NCBI GenBank assembly: GCA_964347045.1
Contig: CAYFXC010000002.1
Coordinates: 32,001 to 96,000, forward strand
Direction of reading: 5' to 3'
Source of the DNA: an uncultured archaeon
GTDB lineage: Archaea; Asgardarchaeota; Hermodarchaeia; Hermodarchaeales; Hermodarchaeaceae
DNA: 64,000 nucleotides
How positions within the stretch are numbered: the stretch's first letter is position 1; each line of letters begins with the position of its first letter. Below, piece after piece: positions 40,036 to 50,756 of the stretch. Both the position numbers and the translations under genes were made by a program. A model generated the notes under the pieces. The model did no database searches. It was given only the letters and a program-made list of their open reading frames with translations, and was not told where the DNA came from.

Positions 40036-40863
40036 TTATTTCCCTTTGAATTTGGGTTTGCTTTTTTGGAAAATGGCTGATACGCCAATTCCAAAGTCTT
40101 CGGTTTGCGTGGTTTCAAGAAGGGCTTCCAGCTCTTCTTTGTTGCCTTCCTCCAGCGTTACATCATAAGACATATTGAGTGTCTTCTTCGCGAGTCGGAC
40201 GGCAACAGGAGCAGCATCAGCGATTTGTTGGGCCATAAATAATGCCTCTGAATGTAATTCATCAGAGGGCACAACTTTGTTAACAAGACCAATTTCGTAC
40301 GCTTCGTCTGCAGGGATTTGTCGACCCGTCAGGATGATTTCCTTTGCTCGACCCATTCCCACGAGCCTTGGTAGTCGTTGTGTTCCACCCCAGCCAGGGA
40401 TTAATCCAACGTTCACTACCTCAGTAACCCAGCATTTCGCATCCTTCGCGGCCACGCGGAGGTCTGCAGCCATCGCCATTTCAAGGCCCCCACCGATTAC
40501 TAATGCATTAAGCTCAGCGATTACAGGCTTGGGGAATGTTTCGATACGGCGGAAAAGAGCTTGACCATCTACTAAGAATTTTCGTCCAGCTTCGGGATCT
40601 GATGCCAAAGATGCAGCAGCTTTTAGGTCGGCTCCAGAAGAGAAGACTTTCTCGGAGGCGGACCGGATTACGACGGCCCGGACTTTGTCATCTTTTTCGA
40701 TTTTGTCAAGAAGTTCAGTGAATTCTTTGACCATTTGAGGGTTGATGCCGTTTAAGGCATCGGGTCTGTTGAGGGTAATAACGCCGATGTTTTCTTCATC
40801 TGCAAGAAAATGTCCTTCAATTTTGTACTTGAGAGTTTCCATTTCATGTTCCTCCATTTTCAA
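40036..40863 (-). CDS. Enoyl-CoA hydratase
   Basis: LNRPDALN, FSSGADL, GGGLE, GLIPGWGGTQRL. Confidence 0.93.
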   Translation of the reverse strand: MKMEEHEMETLKYKIEGHFLADEENIGVITLNRPDALNGINPQMVKEFTELLDKIEKDDKVRAVVIRSASEKVFSSGADLKAAASLASDPEAGRKFLVDGQALFRRIETFPKPVIAELNALVIGGGLEMAMAADLRVAAKDAKCWVTEVVNVGLIPGWGGTQRLPRLVGMGRAKEIILTGRQIPADEAYEIGLVNKVVPSDELHSEALFMAQQIADAAPVAVRLAKKTLNMSYDVTLEEGNKEELEALLETTQTEDFGIGVSAIFQKSKPKFKGK

Positions 40864-40868
40864 GATTC

Positions 40869-41723
40869 TTATTCGGTGTATTCGAAGAACCCTTTGCCAG
40901 ATTTCATACCGAGTTCACCTTTTTCCACTTTTTCCAACAACAACTTTGGTGTAGCATAGCAATCACCAAGCCCTTCATGAAGAGTACTAGCAGTGGCTAC
41001 GGCTATATCTAACCCGACAAAATCAGCCAAAGTAAGGGGTCCAACTGGATGATTGGCTCCAAGCGTCATAGCAGTGTCAATATCCCTACCCGTGGCTAGC
41101 CCATCTTGAAGAATCTTGATTGCTTCACCCATTAGAGCGCCGAGAATCCGGTTGACAATAAATCCTGGTGAATCTTTCACCTTGACAGGTGTTTTATCAA
41201 GCTTCTTAGAAAATTCTATGGCTGTTTCAATGGTCTCCTTGGATGATTTTTCACCCAGCACAATCTCTACAAGTTTCATTGTGTAGACGGGATTGAAGAA
41301 GTGAGTTCCAATTACTTTGTCTGGGCGATTAGTTGCTGTGGCTATTTCGGTGACACTAAGTGAAGAAGTATTTGTGGCTAAGATGGTTTCAGCTTTTGTG
41401 TATTCATCAAGTTTACCAAAGAGTTCTTTCTTGACTTCCATATCTTCAAAGATAGCTTCTACGACCATGTCAACGTCTTCGACAGCTTCTTTAAGGTCGG
41501 CGACGCCATGAATTCCATCGATGATAGCTTTGGCAGCTTTGAGATCTAGTTTCTTGCGTTCGACTCCCGTTTTGACCATGTCTTTGATTTTGCTTTTCCC
41601 TTTATCGATGAATTCTTGTTTGAGGTCGTTGAGGTTGACTTCGATGCCAAACCGGGCAGCTTGATATGCGATACCTGTGCCCATGGCACCCGCGCCGATG
41701 ACGGCGATCCGTTTGATTTCCAT
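40869..41723 (-). CDS. 3-hydroxyacyl-CoA dehydrogenase
   Basis: GAGAMG, EAIFED, TNTSSL, HFFNP, PGFIVNR, DFVGLD. Confidence 0.95.
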   Translation of the reverse strand: MEIKRIAVIGAGAMGTGIAYQAARFGIEVNLNDLKQEFIDKGKSKIKDMVKTGVERKKLDLKAAKAIIDGIHGVADLKEAVEDVDMVVEAIFEDMEVKKELFGKLDEYTKAETILATNTSSLSVTEIATATNRPDKVIGTHFFNPVYTMKLVEIVLGEKSSKETIETAIEFSKKLDKTPVKVKDSPGFIVNRILGALMGEAIKILQDGLATGRDIDTAMTLGANHPVGPLTLADFVGLDIAVATASTLHEGLGDCYATPKLLLEKVEKGELGMKSGKGFFEYTE

Positions 41724-41869
41724 TTTTTTCACTTCAATAGTATTTGGCAATGAAAACCATGTTAAATTGTCTAAGCTGAACTGGGTTGTCCTATTTTAAT
41801 ACAACTAAAAGTCAAAATTTAAGAACAGAAAAACGATTGAATGGTGAATAGTGGAGTAAATTAGAGGAG

Positions 41870-43246
41870 TTACTGGGTACGGATTCGACGGAGTTGATGT
41901 TTTAGCTTTATGAATTGGCGGTCAAACTCAGCTTCAGTGATAACACCCGAGCTGAGGGCAGACTCTAATTGTCGAAGTTCTTCGACCAGTTGAGCTTCTT
42001 CGCTAGTGACGATTCGTTCCAAGGATTGAGAAGAAGAGGAAGAGGGGTGTGCGGCTTCAATAGAGACTGGGACAGCTGTTTGCAACACTGAAGTTTTTTC
42101 GAGTTCTTCCGATGTTATCAGTTCTTGAGTAGTCTGAGAAGTGAAGGGGGACATCGGTCTTTCTGAGGGGGGTGTTTCTCTTACCTCTTTCTTCTTTAAC
42201 AGGATTTTAGCAGGTTTTTTCGTTTTCATAATGGTCTTTGCAAGGAGGAATTCAAGCTCCGAGATAAGCCCTGGATTTAGCACATATTTTTTAAGAACCG
42301 TTATTCCTGCGTTTTCAGGCTCGGTGATATTGTGGCAAGAATGGCACACAAAGATCATCTGGGGTTGTTTGAACGAGGAGTTGCATTGAGGACATTGGTA
42401 TCCGCGGAAAACACGGAATTCGTGTTCATCTCTACTGCGTATTCCACATCGGTTACAATAGATTTCTTGTTCGTCTGTAATTCGTACGCTAATGGTTCCA
42501 CAGGTGAGATGTTCGAAGAGTTCGACAGGTTGGGCAGGCGTTTGACAGCCAGGGCAAAGAAGGTGGGGATGAAGATGAAGAGACTTGCATTTTGGACAGG
42601 CCAGTGAGCTATCTGTGGGTTCAGTGAGAAGAATTCCATAATCGGCGAGACGTTCAAGTAACTGCATTGCCTCCTCATCGTCGAGTCCAGTAATGGATGA
42701 AGCTAGTGGGTAGGAATACCCAATTTTGGTTGTAGCGAGTTCTGAAGTCAATTCAGCTTGTTGCCGTGTTAAAAGTGCTAAAAGTAAGGTTCGAGCTTCC
42801 TCTTCTTGGAGAATTGCCAACTCTGATAAGTCAGTAGGAGCCTTGCGTGTCGCGAATTCTTCGAGTTCCTTGGTGATTACTTCGAGCAGTTCTTTTCGAA
42901 ATTCACTGGTGACGGCTTTGAATCCGTTTGGCTCACGGTACATATTAGCTAAGACCGGATCGATTTTGACTTCGATACTTTTGAAAAATTGATCGTACCG
43001 GGCGTCAGGATCTCTTGCTCCGACTGCGAGAACTTTCATCAATACACGACCCCGCTGGATAAGAAGCTTGAAGTTTCCCATGGCAATTGAACTGAGATTA
43101 CCGCCGGAGGTTTCATGCGCGAAGTCGTGACTTGCAGCGATGAATCCGGAAAAAAGGTCGGGATTAAAGGAGAATCCCGGAACGGTGATATGAGACAGGA
43201 GCAGTCCACTATTTGCATCGATGAGCCAGATGCCATAAAGTACCAT
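41870..43246 (-). CDS. Longin-like domain + winged helix + TackOD1-like multi-Zn-finger + SHOCT-like tail
   Basis: N-terminal IWLIDANSGLLL...DLFSGFIAA..FAHE; YSYP...LLERLADYGIL; five CxxC pairs plus HLTC; C-terminal GVITEAEF. Confidence 0.72.
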   Translation of the reverse strand: MVLYGIWLIDANSGLLLSHITVPGFSFNPDLFSGFIAASHDFAHETSGGNLSSIAMGNFKLLIQRGRVLMKVLAVGARDPDARYDQFFKSIEVKIDPVLANMYREPNGFKAVTSEFRKELLEVITKELEEFATRKAPTDLSELAILQEEEARTLLLALLTRQQAELTSELATTKIGYSYPLASSITGLDDEEAMQLLERLADYGILLTEPTDSSLACPKCKSLHLHPHLLCPGCQTPAQPVELFEHLTCGTISVRITDEQEIYCNRCGIRSRDEHEFRVFRGYQCPQCNSSFKQPQMIFVCHSCHNITEPENAGITVLKKYVLNPGLISELEFLLAKTIMKTKKPAKILLKKKEVRETPPSERPMSPFTSQTTQELITSEELEKTSVLQTAVPVSIEAAHPSSSSSQSLERIVTSEEAQLVEELRQLESALSSGVITEAEFDRQFIKLKHQLRRIRTQ

Positions 43247-43436
43247 TTAGGCTCACACCTCGCACTTGAAAGTAACCCTGGAATTCAGCGCGTCTTTCAA
43301 CTCCCACAGATATCCAAAGGGTGCATAAAGCCGCATTCTATGCATTCTTCGGCAATTCAGCTTGTGTCGAATATGGCATTTAATACTGTTCCTTGAGGAA
43401 AAAATTCTGCGAAAAATTAGAGTTTCACGAAATTCA

Positions 43437-44249
43437 CTAAACTTGGCATTGTCGACAAAAGTTCGCTAAACGTACACCTGATTTTACAGAAGAAAGGGTT
43501 GTTTTACAAACGGGACAGGAATCTCCTCCCTTTCCGTGGACTTGAAGAAAATCGCGGACTTCAAATTGGAGCGTGTCACCAACTCGATCTGCAATTGTTG
43601 TTATAGCTTGTCGTAGCACAGATTGGGTGGCTGAATACAAGGTTTGGATTTCGGTTTCGGTTAGAGTTGAACGCTTTCGAAACGGCAGAATTTTCGCTGC
43701 AAAAAGAATTTCGTCTGCATACGCATTCCCTAGCCCCGCAACGAATCGTTGATTCACCAATATGTGTTTTATGACTGCATTGAACTTCCGAATTCGCTGC
43801 TGAAACACATCAAAGGTTAGAGTAGGATCAAGCGCATCCGGTCCTTGTTCATCAAAGTTGGGGATAAGAGACGTAGACTCATCTTTTAGGAGCAGATAGA
43901 GTTTCCCCATGCTTTTCGGGTCAATATATCGTAAATCCCATCCATTATCTAGCTGAAACCGGAATCCCATTTTTTTCTGCTTGGAAGTCGATGGCGATTG
44001 TAATTTGAGTCGTCCAGCAAGCATGAAATTGATATACAAATGTGCTTCAGGCGCAAATTGGATAATAAGAAATTTACCAAACCTGTTAAAACCCTTGATC
44101 GTGCTATTTTGCAGCTCTTTAATGAAAGTTTCAGCTGTTGGGCGACGTAGTAAGAGTGGACTGTGAATTTCAACTTCTTTGATTATTCTTCCAACCAATG
44201 TTCGGTTGAGGATATCTTTAGCTACTTCAAGATCCGGTAGTTCTGGCAC
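43437..44249 (-). CDS. Fpg/Nei family DNA glycosylase/AP lyase
   Basis: N-terminal PELPD, GKFL, GPDAL, H2TH motif GLGNAYADEILF, C-terminal CPVC...CRQCQ. Confidence 0.92.
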   Translation of the reverse strand: MPELPDLEVAKDILNRTLVGRIIKEVEIHSPLLLRRPTAETFIKELQNSTIKGFNRFGKFLIIQFAPEAHLYINFMLAGRLKLQSPSTSKQKKMGFRFQLDNGWDLRYIDPKSMGKLYLLLKDESTSLIPNFDEQGPDALDPTLTFDVFQQRIRKFNAVIKHILVNQRFVAGLGNAYADEILFAAKILPFRKRSTLTETEIQTLYSATQSVLRQAITTIADRVGDTLQFEVRDFLQVHGKGGDSCPVCKTTLSSVKSGVRLANFCRQCQV

Positions 44250-44288
44250 AATGTTCCGCTCACAGACTTTTCCTGCACATTATTAGGT

Positions 44289-45119
44289 TTATGTGACTTT
44301 TGTTTCTGGCTCGGATTCGGCTATGATTTGGGGGGGACCGCCTCCCCTTTTCAGGAGCCAGTAGGCTAGGAAAAGGATGAACAGTGCTAGGACAGCAAAA
44401 AGGCTTTCGACCACGATTGTCGCGATGAAAGGATCTAATATTGGATAGAGGATGAATTGGAGAATTATTAGAGGAATAAAGTCGAACAAGAAGTGTGCGA
44501 GAATGGCTACTAAGGCGAAAATAAACCGGTGGTGCCACACGGCCAAAGCAACAAGGATAGTAGCAGAAACATGAAAGACAATGGCAATATTTCGTTCAAT
44601 TGCTCCAAGTATGAAGTTGAAAATTAGTATTGACTCAGAAGGTAGAGGAACAATTGTTATCAGCCATTCATAGAGAAACCCATAGGTGAGCACAGTAAGG
44701 ACATAGACTAAGAGCGCTTCGCACAATCCCCAGCCCAAACCAAAACAAAGAGCATGTTTTAACGTTTTGATGAATGCAGGGTATTTGTTGAGGAATCCGT
44801 ATTTGATCCCTTCTTCGAAAAGCCCTGCCATCAGCGAACCTAGGAAAATTAGAATGGCGACATAAATTGCATAAAATGGTGGAGCGATGGTTAGCCCCCA
44901 CAAATCGAGAACAAGAAGAATTGGAGTCCGAGCCAATAATGCCAAGAGCCAGAAAATTCCACCAAGGAGGGCCGACAACCACATACTCCCTTTAAACCGA
45001 GCAATGTAAAGAAAAATCAGAAATGCGGGTAAAATTGCAATTAAACTGCCAGCAACTGCTGTTAGGATCAGGAAAAGGCTCATATCAACTCCCCGTTTAG
45101 AACTATCTTTAGCTTCCAT
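44289..45119 (-). CDS. YhfC family intramembrane (glutamic) protease
   Basis: AGLFEEGIK, GLGWGLCEA, ER..A..FH, LAHFLFD. Confidence 0.85.
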   Translation of the reverse strand: MEAKDSSKRGVDMSLFLILTAVAGSLIAILPAFLIFLYIARFKGSMWLSALLGGIFWLLALLARTPILLVLDLWGLTIAPPFYAIYVAILIFLGSLMAGLFEEGIKYGFLNKYPAFIKTLKHALCFGLGWGLCEALLVYVLTVLTYGFLYEWLITIVPLPSESILIFNFILGAIERNIAIVFHVSATILVALAVWHHRFIFALVAILAHFLFDFIPLIILQFILYPILDPFIATIVVESLFAVLALFILFLAYWLLKRGGGPPQIIAESEPETKVT

Positions 45120-45223
45120 AAATAGCTCTAGTTATATTCGACGTTTCATCCTTTTACTACTCTAAAAAGTGGTGAAATCCTTAAAGGAAAGATGATACTC
45201 AAAACATTGACAGGTGCATTTCT

Positions 45224-46480
45224 ATGGTAGATTACAAAGTTCGAGATCTTGCCCTCGCTGAACAAGGTCGTAAAAAAATCGATTGGGCAGAATCTCAGAT
45301 GCCCGTTTTAATGGGAATACGCAAAAAATTCGCAAAAACCAAACCACTCGAAAATTTGCGGATTTCCGGTTGTCTACATGTGACCAAAGAAACCGCAGTT
45401 TTAATTGAAACCTTTGTTGCTGCGGGTGCAGAGGTTTCGTGGAGTGGCTGTAATCCTTTATCCACTCAAGATGACGTAGCAGCAGCTCTAGTGGCAAATA
45501 ATGTGTCCGTGTTCGCTTGGCATAACCTGAACACGGAAGAATACTATTGGTGTATTGATCAAACCCTCAAAATTAACCCCCAACTTACCCTAGATGATGG
45601 TGCAGATCTCATTTTCAGAGTTCATACCAAGAAACCAGATCTTGCTAAGAAGGTGCTTGGCGCCTCAGAGGAGACCACAACGGGCGTCCACCGTCTTCGC
45701 GCGATGGCTGCCGATGGAAAACTCTTGTACCCGGTCATTGCTGCAAATGATTCTGTGACCAAGCGGGAGATGGATAACATCTTTGGTACCGGTCAATCCG
45801 CCCTAGATGGAGTGTTACGAGCAACGAACATCCTGTTTGCCGGAAGCACCATAGTTATTGGTGGATTTGGACACTGCGGTCGAGGACTTGCCCAACGCGC
45901 ACGGGGTATGGGCGCAGATGTCATTGTCACCGAAGTTGATTACCTCCAAGCACTGAAAGCCCGGATGGAAGGGTATCGCGTCATGCCCATGATTGACGCA
46001 GCACCCCTCGGCGACGTTTTTATCACTTCAACCGGAATGCGCGATGTTATTACCAAGGAGCATTTTGAAGTCATGAAAGATCGGGCGATTCTAGCCAACG
46101 CCGGTCACTTTAACGTCGAAGTTAACACCGAAGAATTAGCAAAAATGGCGAAGAAAGATCGGGTGATTCGGGAAAATAACCGTGAATACACGTTGAAAGA
46201 TGGCCGTCGCATTTACTTACTTGGCGAAGGACGCCTTGTGAACTTAGCTGCAGCAGAAGGGCATCCTTCTTCGGTTATGGATTTATCCTTTTCCAACCAA
46301 TTTTATGCTATGCTCTACTTGAAAGATCACCACAAAGAGCTCTCCAATGAAGTATATGTGCTTCCACGAGAAATCGATGAGACAATCGCGCGATTAAAAC
46401 TGGAATCTATGGGCATTAGCATTGACCAACTCACGCCCAAGCAACAACGGTACCATCAAGACTATGCAGAAGGAACCTAA
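45224..46480 (+). CDS. ahcY: Adenosylhomocysteinase (SAH/SIH hydrolase)
   Basis: GCLHVTKET, CNPLSTQD, DDGAD, EETTTG, GRLVNL, GHP. Confidence 0.95.
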   Translation: MVDYKVRDLALAEQGRKKIDWAESQMPVLMGIRKKFAKTKPLENLRISGCLHVTKETAVLIETFVAAGAEVSWSGCNPLSTQDDVAAALVANNVSVFAWHNLNTEEYYWCIDQTLKINPQLTLDDGADLIFRVHTKKPDLAKKVLGASEETTTGVHRLRAMAADGKLLYPVIAANDSVTKREMDNIFGTGQSALDGVLRATNILFAGSTIVIGGFGHCGRGLAQRARGMGADVIVTEVDYLQALKARMEGYRVMPMIDAAPLGDVFITSTGMRDVITKEHFEVMKDRAILANAGHFNVEVNTEELAKMAKKDRVIRENNREYTLKDGRRIYLLGEGRLVNLAAAEGHPSSVMDLSFSNQFYAMLYLKDHHKELSNEVYVLPREIDETIARLKLESMGISIDQLTPKQQRYHQDYAEGT

Positions 46481-46566
46481 CTATCAAAATTCTGCCCAAT
46501 ACTAGGACTTTTCAATCAGTGCTAGGGTAGTTTATTCCTTCAATAAAGATTGAAGGTGACTTCGGT

Positions 46567-47343
46567 TTGTCAGAAGTAAAACCATTCATACTCGGAAAGC
46601 TTACATGGCAGGAAGCCAAAACGCTCTTCCAAGAAACAGAAATTGCGATCATCCCGGTGGGCTCGCAAGAGCAACATGGTCCTGCCCTCCCGCTTGACAA
46701 TGATTCTTTCCAAGCCCAAGAGTTTGCCTATCTTGTGGCCGATCGGTTATGGCCTAAAATTAAAACGGCAGTGACCCCTCTTATCTCCTATGGCGTTTCT
46801 CCGCACCATATGCCATTTTCTGGGACAATTACTCTCCGTTCTGAAACCTTTATTGATCTTATGGTGGATGTGGGTAAAAGTTTGGCAAAACACGGTGCCA
46901 AGAAAATCGTTGTGATGAACAGTCATGGCGGAAACACCGCAGCCCTCTCTATTGCCCTACGAAGACTCCATGACGAAGAAGGGCTTTGGTGTGTCGTGAT
47001 GGAGTGGTGGAAACTTACCGCAGACTTAGTAAAGAAAACCTTTGATCCACCCCATTTCCATGCCGATGAAATGGAAACCTCTGTCGCCTGGGCGCTGGGT
47101 CAACGTGTTCTCGACGAAAAACGTGTGGATGAACCTGGTCGTGAACCGGTTCCTGGTTTCACAAAGCCTACCATGTTTCCCTCTCCACCAAACATCATGC
47201 CAATCTGGGACACAACTGATTTTAGCGATTCTGGAACCATTGGGTATGCAACTCGTGCCAATCCCAAGAAAGGTCAGATAGTCGTAGATGAAGCTGTGAA
47301 GCGTATGGTGTCTTTTATTGAGAAGGTTGCTTCGCTTAATTAA
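46567..47343 (+). CDS. Creatininase family amidohydrolase
   Basis: PVGSQEQHGPALPL.ND, YGVSPHH, NSHGGN, HADEMETS. Confidence 0.92.
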   Translation: MSEVKPFILGKLTWQEAKTLFQETEIAIIPVGSQEQHGPALPLDNDSFQAQEFAYLVADRLWPKIKTAVTPLISYGVSPHHMPFSGTITLRSETFIDLMVDVGKSLAKHGAKKIVVMNSHGGNTAALSIALRRLHDEEGLWCVVMEWWKLTADLVKKTFDPPHFHADEMETSVAWALGQRVLDEKRVDEPGREPVPGFTKPTMFPSPPNIMPIWDTTDFSDSGTIGYATRANPKKGQIVVDEAVKRMVSFIEKVASLN

Positions 47344-47353
47344 CAACAAAGTA

Positions 47354-47872
47354 TTAGATGACTTCCTTGGGTTCAGCAGGTGTACCGGGTTCTTTGCTTC
47401 GAACCCCATAGATACCAGCGATTAGCCCGAGGATTGGAGCCATTAACCCTGTAATTAAGGAAATGAAACTGAATGTGTAGATGAACGTAAAGCCCATACC
47501 CACAAAACTCACTAACAATCCGATAATCGAAATTACCAATATCAAAGCTGAGCCAATTCGTCGATTAATAAAGTAGACAAGTGCAGCACCGATTAACAAG
47601 ATAATGCAAAATGCAATATACCATCCGACTAATCCAGAGACTAGTTGCTGCATGATGATGTTAAAGAATGAAAATGGGTCAAATGGGTTCACAGGGACAC
47701 TTGATTGGGAGAGAATTTGGAGTAGTTGATAGATTTGAAAAACGTTGAAAAGGCAAGCAAGAAGCACTAGTGCAGGTTCACGCAAAGGGCGATCAGGGTC
47801 TCCTTCGACCAATTCGCTGACTGGTGTTATTTTTTCCGAAAACAAACGTTCCACCTCCAAATTCGCCAACAA
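47354..47872 (-). CDS. Hypothetical 4-TM membrane protein
   Basis: Four hydrophobic segments; start uncertain. Confidence 0.6.
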   Translation of the reverse strand: MLANLEVERLFSEKITPVSELVEGDPDRPLREPALVLLACLFNVFQIYQLLQILSQSSVPVNPFDPFSFFNIIMQQLVSGLVGWYIAFCIILLIGAALVYFINRRIGSALILVISIIGLLVSFVGMGFTFIYTFSFISLITGLMAPILGLIAGIYGVRSKEPGTPAEPKEVI

Positions 47873-47921
47873 GACAGGGTCTCTCGAAAATGAAAAGTAA
47901 CCCTGACCTTAAAGCTTTTAT

Positions 47922-50756
47922 GTGCGAATTCAGTTGAACTCAACGAGTAGGGATTTCGGTTTGTATCGTTACGCAGTACGTCGAACGACCCGGAACAAAA
48001 AACTCTTGCTTGCCATCCTAGTGGGTGTTACGATAGCCACATCCCTCTTTGCGGCTTCCAATATTGGAGCTAACTCCATAGTGGGTGCCATGCTTGATGA
48101 CATATTAGACTCCGTTGTCGTGGATATGTATTGGCGAACCCACAGCTGGGGGGATATTCCTACTAGCTCTGATTTCTTCCAGTTACGACAAGATATTGAA
48201 AACTTTGAAGATGTGGATTATTCCGAAACCATGATTCGCCATCAAAACGATACATCCCCAGATGAGCAATTTCTTCTAACGTGTGGGATACAGAATAATT
48301 CCTCAATCTATGAAGGAGTGTCTTTGGTCGCAGGAAATCTAACGCTTGGAGCCAATGAAACACTCATCGCCACAAGTTCAGCACTAATTGGAGACTTTCC
48401 CATCGGAAGTAACTATTCAATGATCATTCGCATCTGGACAGAAACGGGTCCTATTGATTATAATCTTACCCTCACGGTTGTCGGACATGTAGAACTCACT
48501 GAACGATCTCGACAAACGCTATTGTTGGGTTTTTATTCATTCTTTTGGGGGTATGAATACGAAACTTGGCTTCAACAGCATGTGTCGTTTTTCATTACGG
48601 ATGTTGAGTCCACGTTCCTTCCCATCTATGAATGGGCACAAACTCAATCCGATGCCCGAGAAGTTTGGCTTGAAGCGTATACGCTCATCCATCTTGATCG
48701 AGCAACTCTCATTAATCCCTATAATATTCAACTTTCCATGCAAAACGTTCAGATGCTAGGTTACCAAATTCAAAACGCCCTCTCCTATCAGTATGATGGA
48801 TACCTAGATAACCCACTCGCTTTTGCCCTTCAAGTGTTTACCTCATTATCAGAAGGTTTTCGGATGATCTTTCTTCAGGTCTCCATTCCTGTATTCTTCA
48901 TAGCGCTGTATATGGGTATCTCGTTAAATGATGTGTCCTATTCTATCCGTCGCCGTGAAGTGGGACTCTTGCTCACAAAGGGTGTAACCCGTAGCGTCAT
49001 TACGAGCTTGTTTATCTGGGAAGCCTTACTCATTGGAATCGTCGCAAGTATTGTTGGCATTTTCATTGCTATATGGATCCTTCCATTTTTCATTCCCTTC
49101 ATAACGTGGGCCGCTATCTTCACAACCGGAATTGGTTTAGACACAGTCTTCCTCACAATTATGTTTGGTGTTATTCTTGCAGTAATCGCTTCCTATCTAC
49201 CTGCCCGCAAAGCCTCAAAAATCCCAACAACTGAAGCAATCCGTGAATATACGCTAGCTGGAGAACCAATAGGATATCCACGTATGTTGGCTTGGACCGC
49301 CTTAATCCTTGGATGTTACAAATTAGTAATCTGGTTACTGGGAATAAATGTCTCAGAATTGGCAATGAATTTGATATTTACCAATCCCATTTTGGGTTCA
49401 TTGGTAATGTATTGGGTTGTCTTTGACACGATTATTACGTTTTGGGCACCCTTGTTGTTCCTTTGGGGCTTTACTACCATCATTGTAAAGGGCTGGAAAG
49501 GATTCTACCATTATTCGGAACGGTTCATTGGTCGAATTATGGGTGATCTTGGAGGTCTAGCATCACATAATATTTCACGGCGACCAGGGCGAACTGTAGC
49601 CATTATTTTCATCACCGCTTTATTGGTTGGCTATAGTGTTCAGACCATTGGAGTCCTTGCAACCAGTAATGACCTGGCAGTGCGGGGAGCATATACATCA
49701 GTGGGTGCCGACATCAAGGTTCTTGTTAGTTATCCGGAAAATGTAACCGACCTAGTACCCACCATTCGTGATATTGAAGGGGTCAGAGACGCCGCGGGAG
49801 AATATACATTCACTATGGATACAGTATCAGAACGTGGGCTTGCAGTTCGAGCCATTAATGTTACTGAATGGCTCGGAGTTGCTTATTATGAACCTGGATG
49901 GATATTAGGAGTGCCAGCGCCAATTGCGTTCGAGTCAATAAGATCGAGTAATGAAACGATCATTCTTCAAAAACTTCTGGCAAACCAGCTAGGTCTTGGA
50001 CTTGGGAGTAGTATATCCGTTCAATTCTCGTATATGAGCGCTTTTCATCCACTTACGATTGTTGGTTTCATGGGTCCCGAACCCGAACAATCTCAAATTT
50101 TCGGAATGGGCGGTATGTGGGTAGCTGAAGAAACGTGGTCTTATGCATCTGTTGCCCTGATGGATAGTTATTCCTCAGAAATATCCCCCGATCCCACCGG
50201 GTATGTGTTAGTTTCCCTCTTATCTTCCAGTTATAACGCGGAAGTGATTCAAGCGCTTGAGGAAATGAACGATGTTCTTAATGTGGAATCAGCGATTACT
50301 CTAATTGAAGAGTATAGTACCGATGTACTGCGAAACGCACAAACCAATATGATGCAACTTGGTGTAGCTTTTGCGATCATCCTTGCCTCTGTGGGCACAC
50401 TCGTCATCATTTATTTGACCCTTCGCGAACGTCGTACAACCACAGCCTTGATGAGCGCACGAGGAATGACTTATTCACAAACCGTCAACATACTCTCTGC
50501 TGAAATCCTCACGATAATGATATTTGCTATCGTTCTCGGATTTTCCGTTGGACTCATCATCTATTATGGACTGGTTAGTGGTGGAGTGGCAACATTTGTA
50601 CCAATGTTATTGACCCCGCGATTCTTACCACCCGGATTCAGCATCATGTTTGCGTTATTAACAGGAACCATCATTGGTCTGCTGATCTTGACCACACTAA
50701 TTCCAATTCTAGTCGAGGCACGTACGGCCCGATATGATCTCTCCGTTTTGAGGTGA
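47922..50756 (+). CDS. FtsX/MacB-like ABC permease (duplicated module)
   Basis: RRREVGLLLTKG and ERRTTTALMSARG repeats, YLPARKAS, two large extracellular domains. Start may be TTG 47961. Confidence 0.85.
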   Translation: MRIQLNSTSRDFGLYRYAVRRTTRNKKLLLAILVGVTIATSLFAASNIGANSIVGAMLDDILDSVVVDMYWRTHSWGDIPTSSDFFQLRQDIENFEDVDYSETMIRHQNDTSPDEQFLLTCGIQNNSSIYEGVSLVAGNLTLGANETLIATSSALIGDFPIGSNYSMIIRIWTETGPIDYNLTLTVVGHVELTERSRQTLLLGFYSFFWGYEYETWLQQHVSFFITDVESTFLPIYEWAQTQSDAREVWLEAYTLIHLDRATLINPYNIQLSMQNVQMLGYQIQNALSYQYDGYLDNPLAFALQVFTSLSEGFRMIFLQVSIPVFFIALYMGISLNDVSYSIRRREVGLLLTKGVTRSVITSLFIWEALLIGIVASIVGIFIAIWILPFFIPFITWAAIFTTGIGLDTVFLTIMFGVILAVIASYLPARKASKIPTTEAIREYTLAGEPIGYPRMLAWTALILGCYKLVIWLLGINVSELAMNLIFTNPILGSLVMYWVVFDTIITFWAPLLFLWGFTTIIVKGWKGFYHYSERFIGRIMGDLGGLASHNISRRPGRTVAIIFITALLVGYSVQTIGVLATSNDLAVRGAYTSVGADIKVLVSYPENVTDLVPTIRDIEGVRDAAGEYTFTMDTVSERGLAVRAINVTEWLGVAYYEPGWILGVPAPIAFESIRSSNETIILQKLLANQLGLGLGSSISVQFSYMSAFHPLTIVGFMGPEPEQSQIFGMGGMWVAEETWSYASVALMDSYSSEISPDPTGYVLVSLLSSSYNAEVIQALEEMNDVLNVESAITLIEEYSTDVLRNAQTNMMQLGVAFAIILASVGTLVIIYLTLRERRTTTALMSARGMTYSQTVNILSAEILTIMIFAIVLGFSVGLIIYYGLVSGGVATFVPMLLTPRFLPPGFSIMFALLTGTIIGLLILTTLIPILVEARTARYDLSVLR

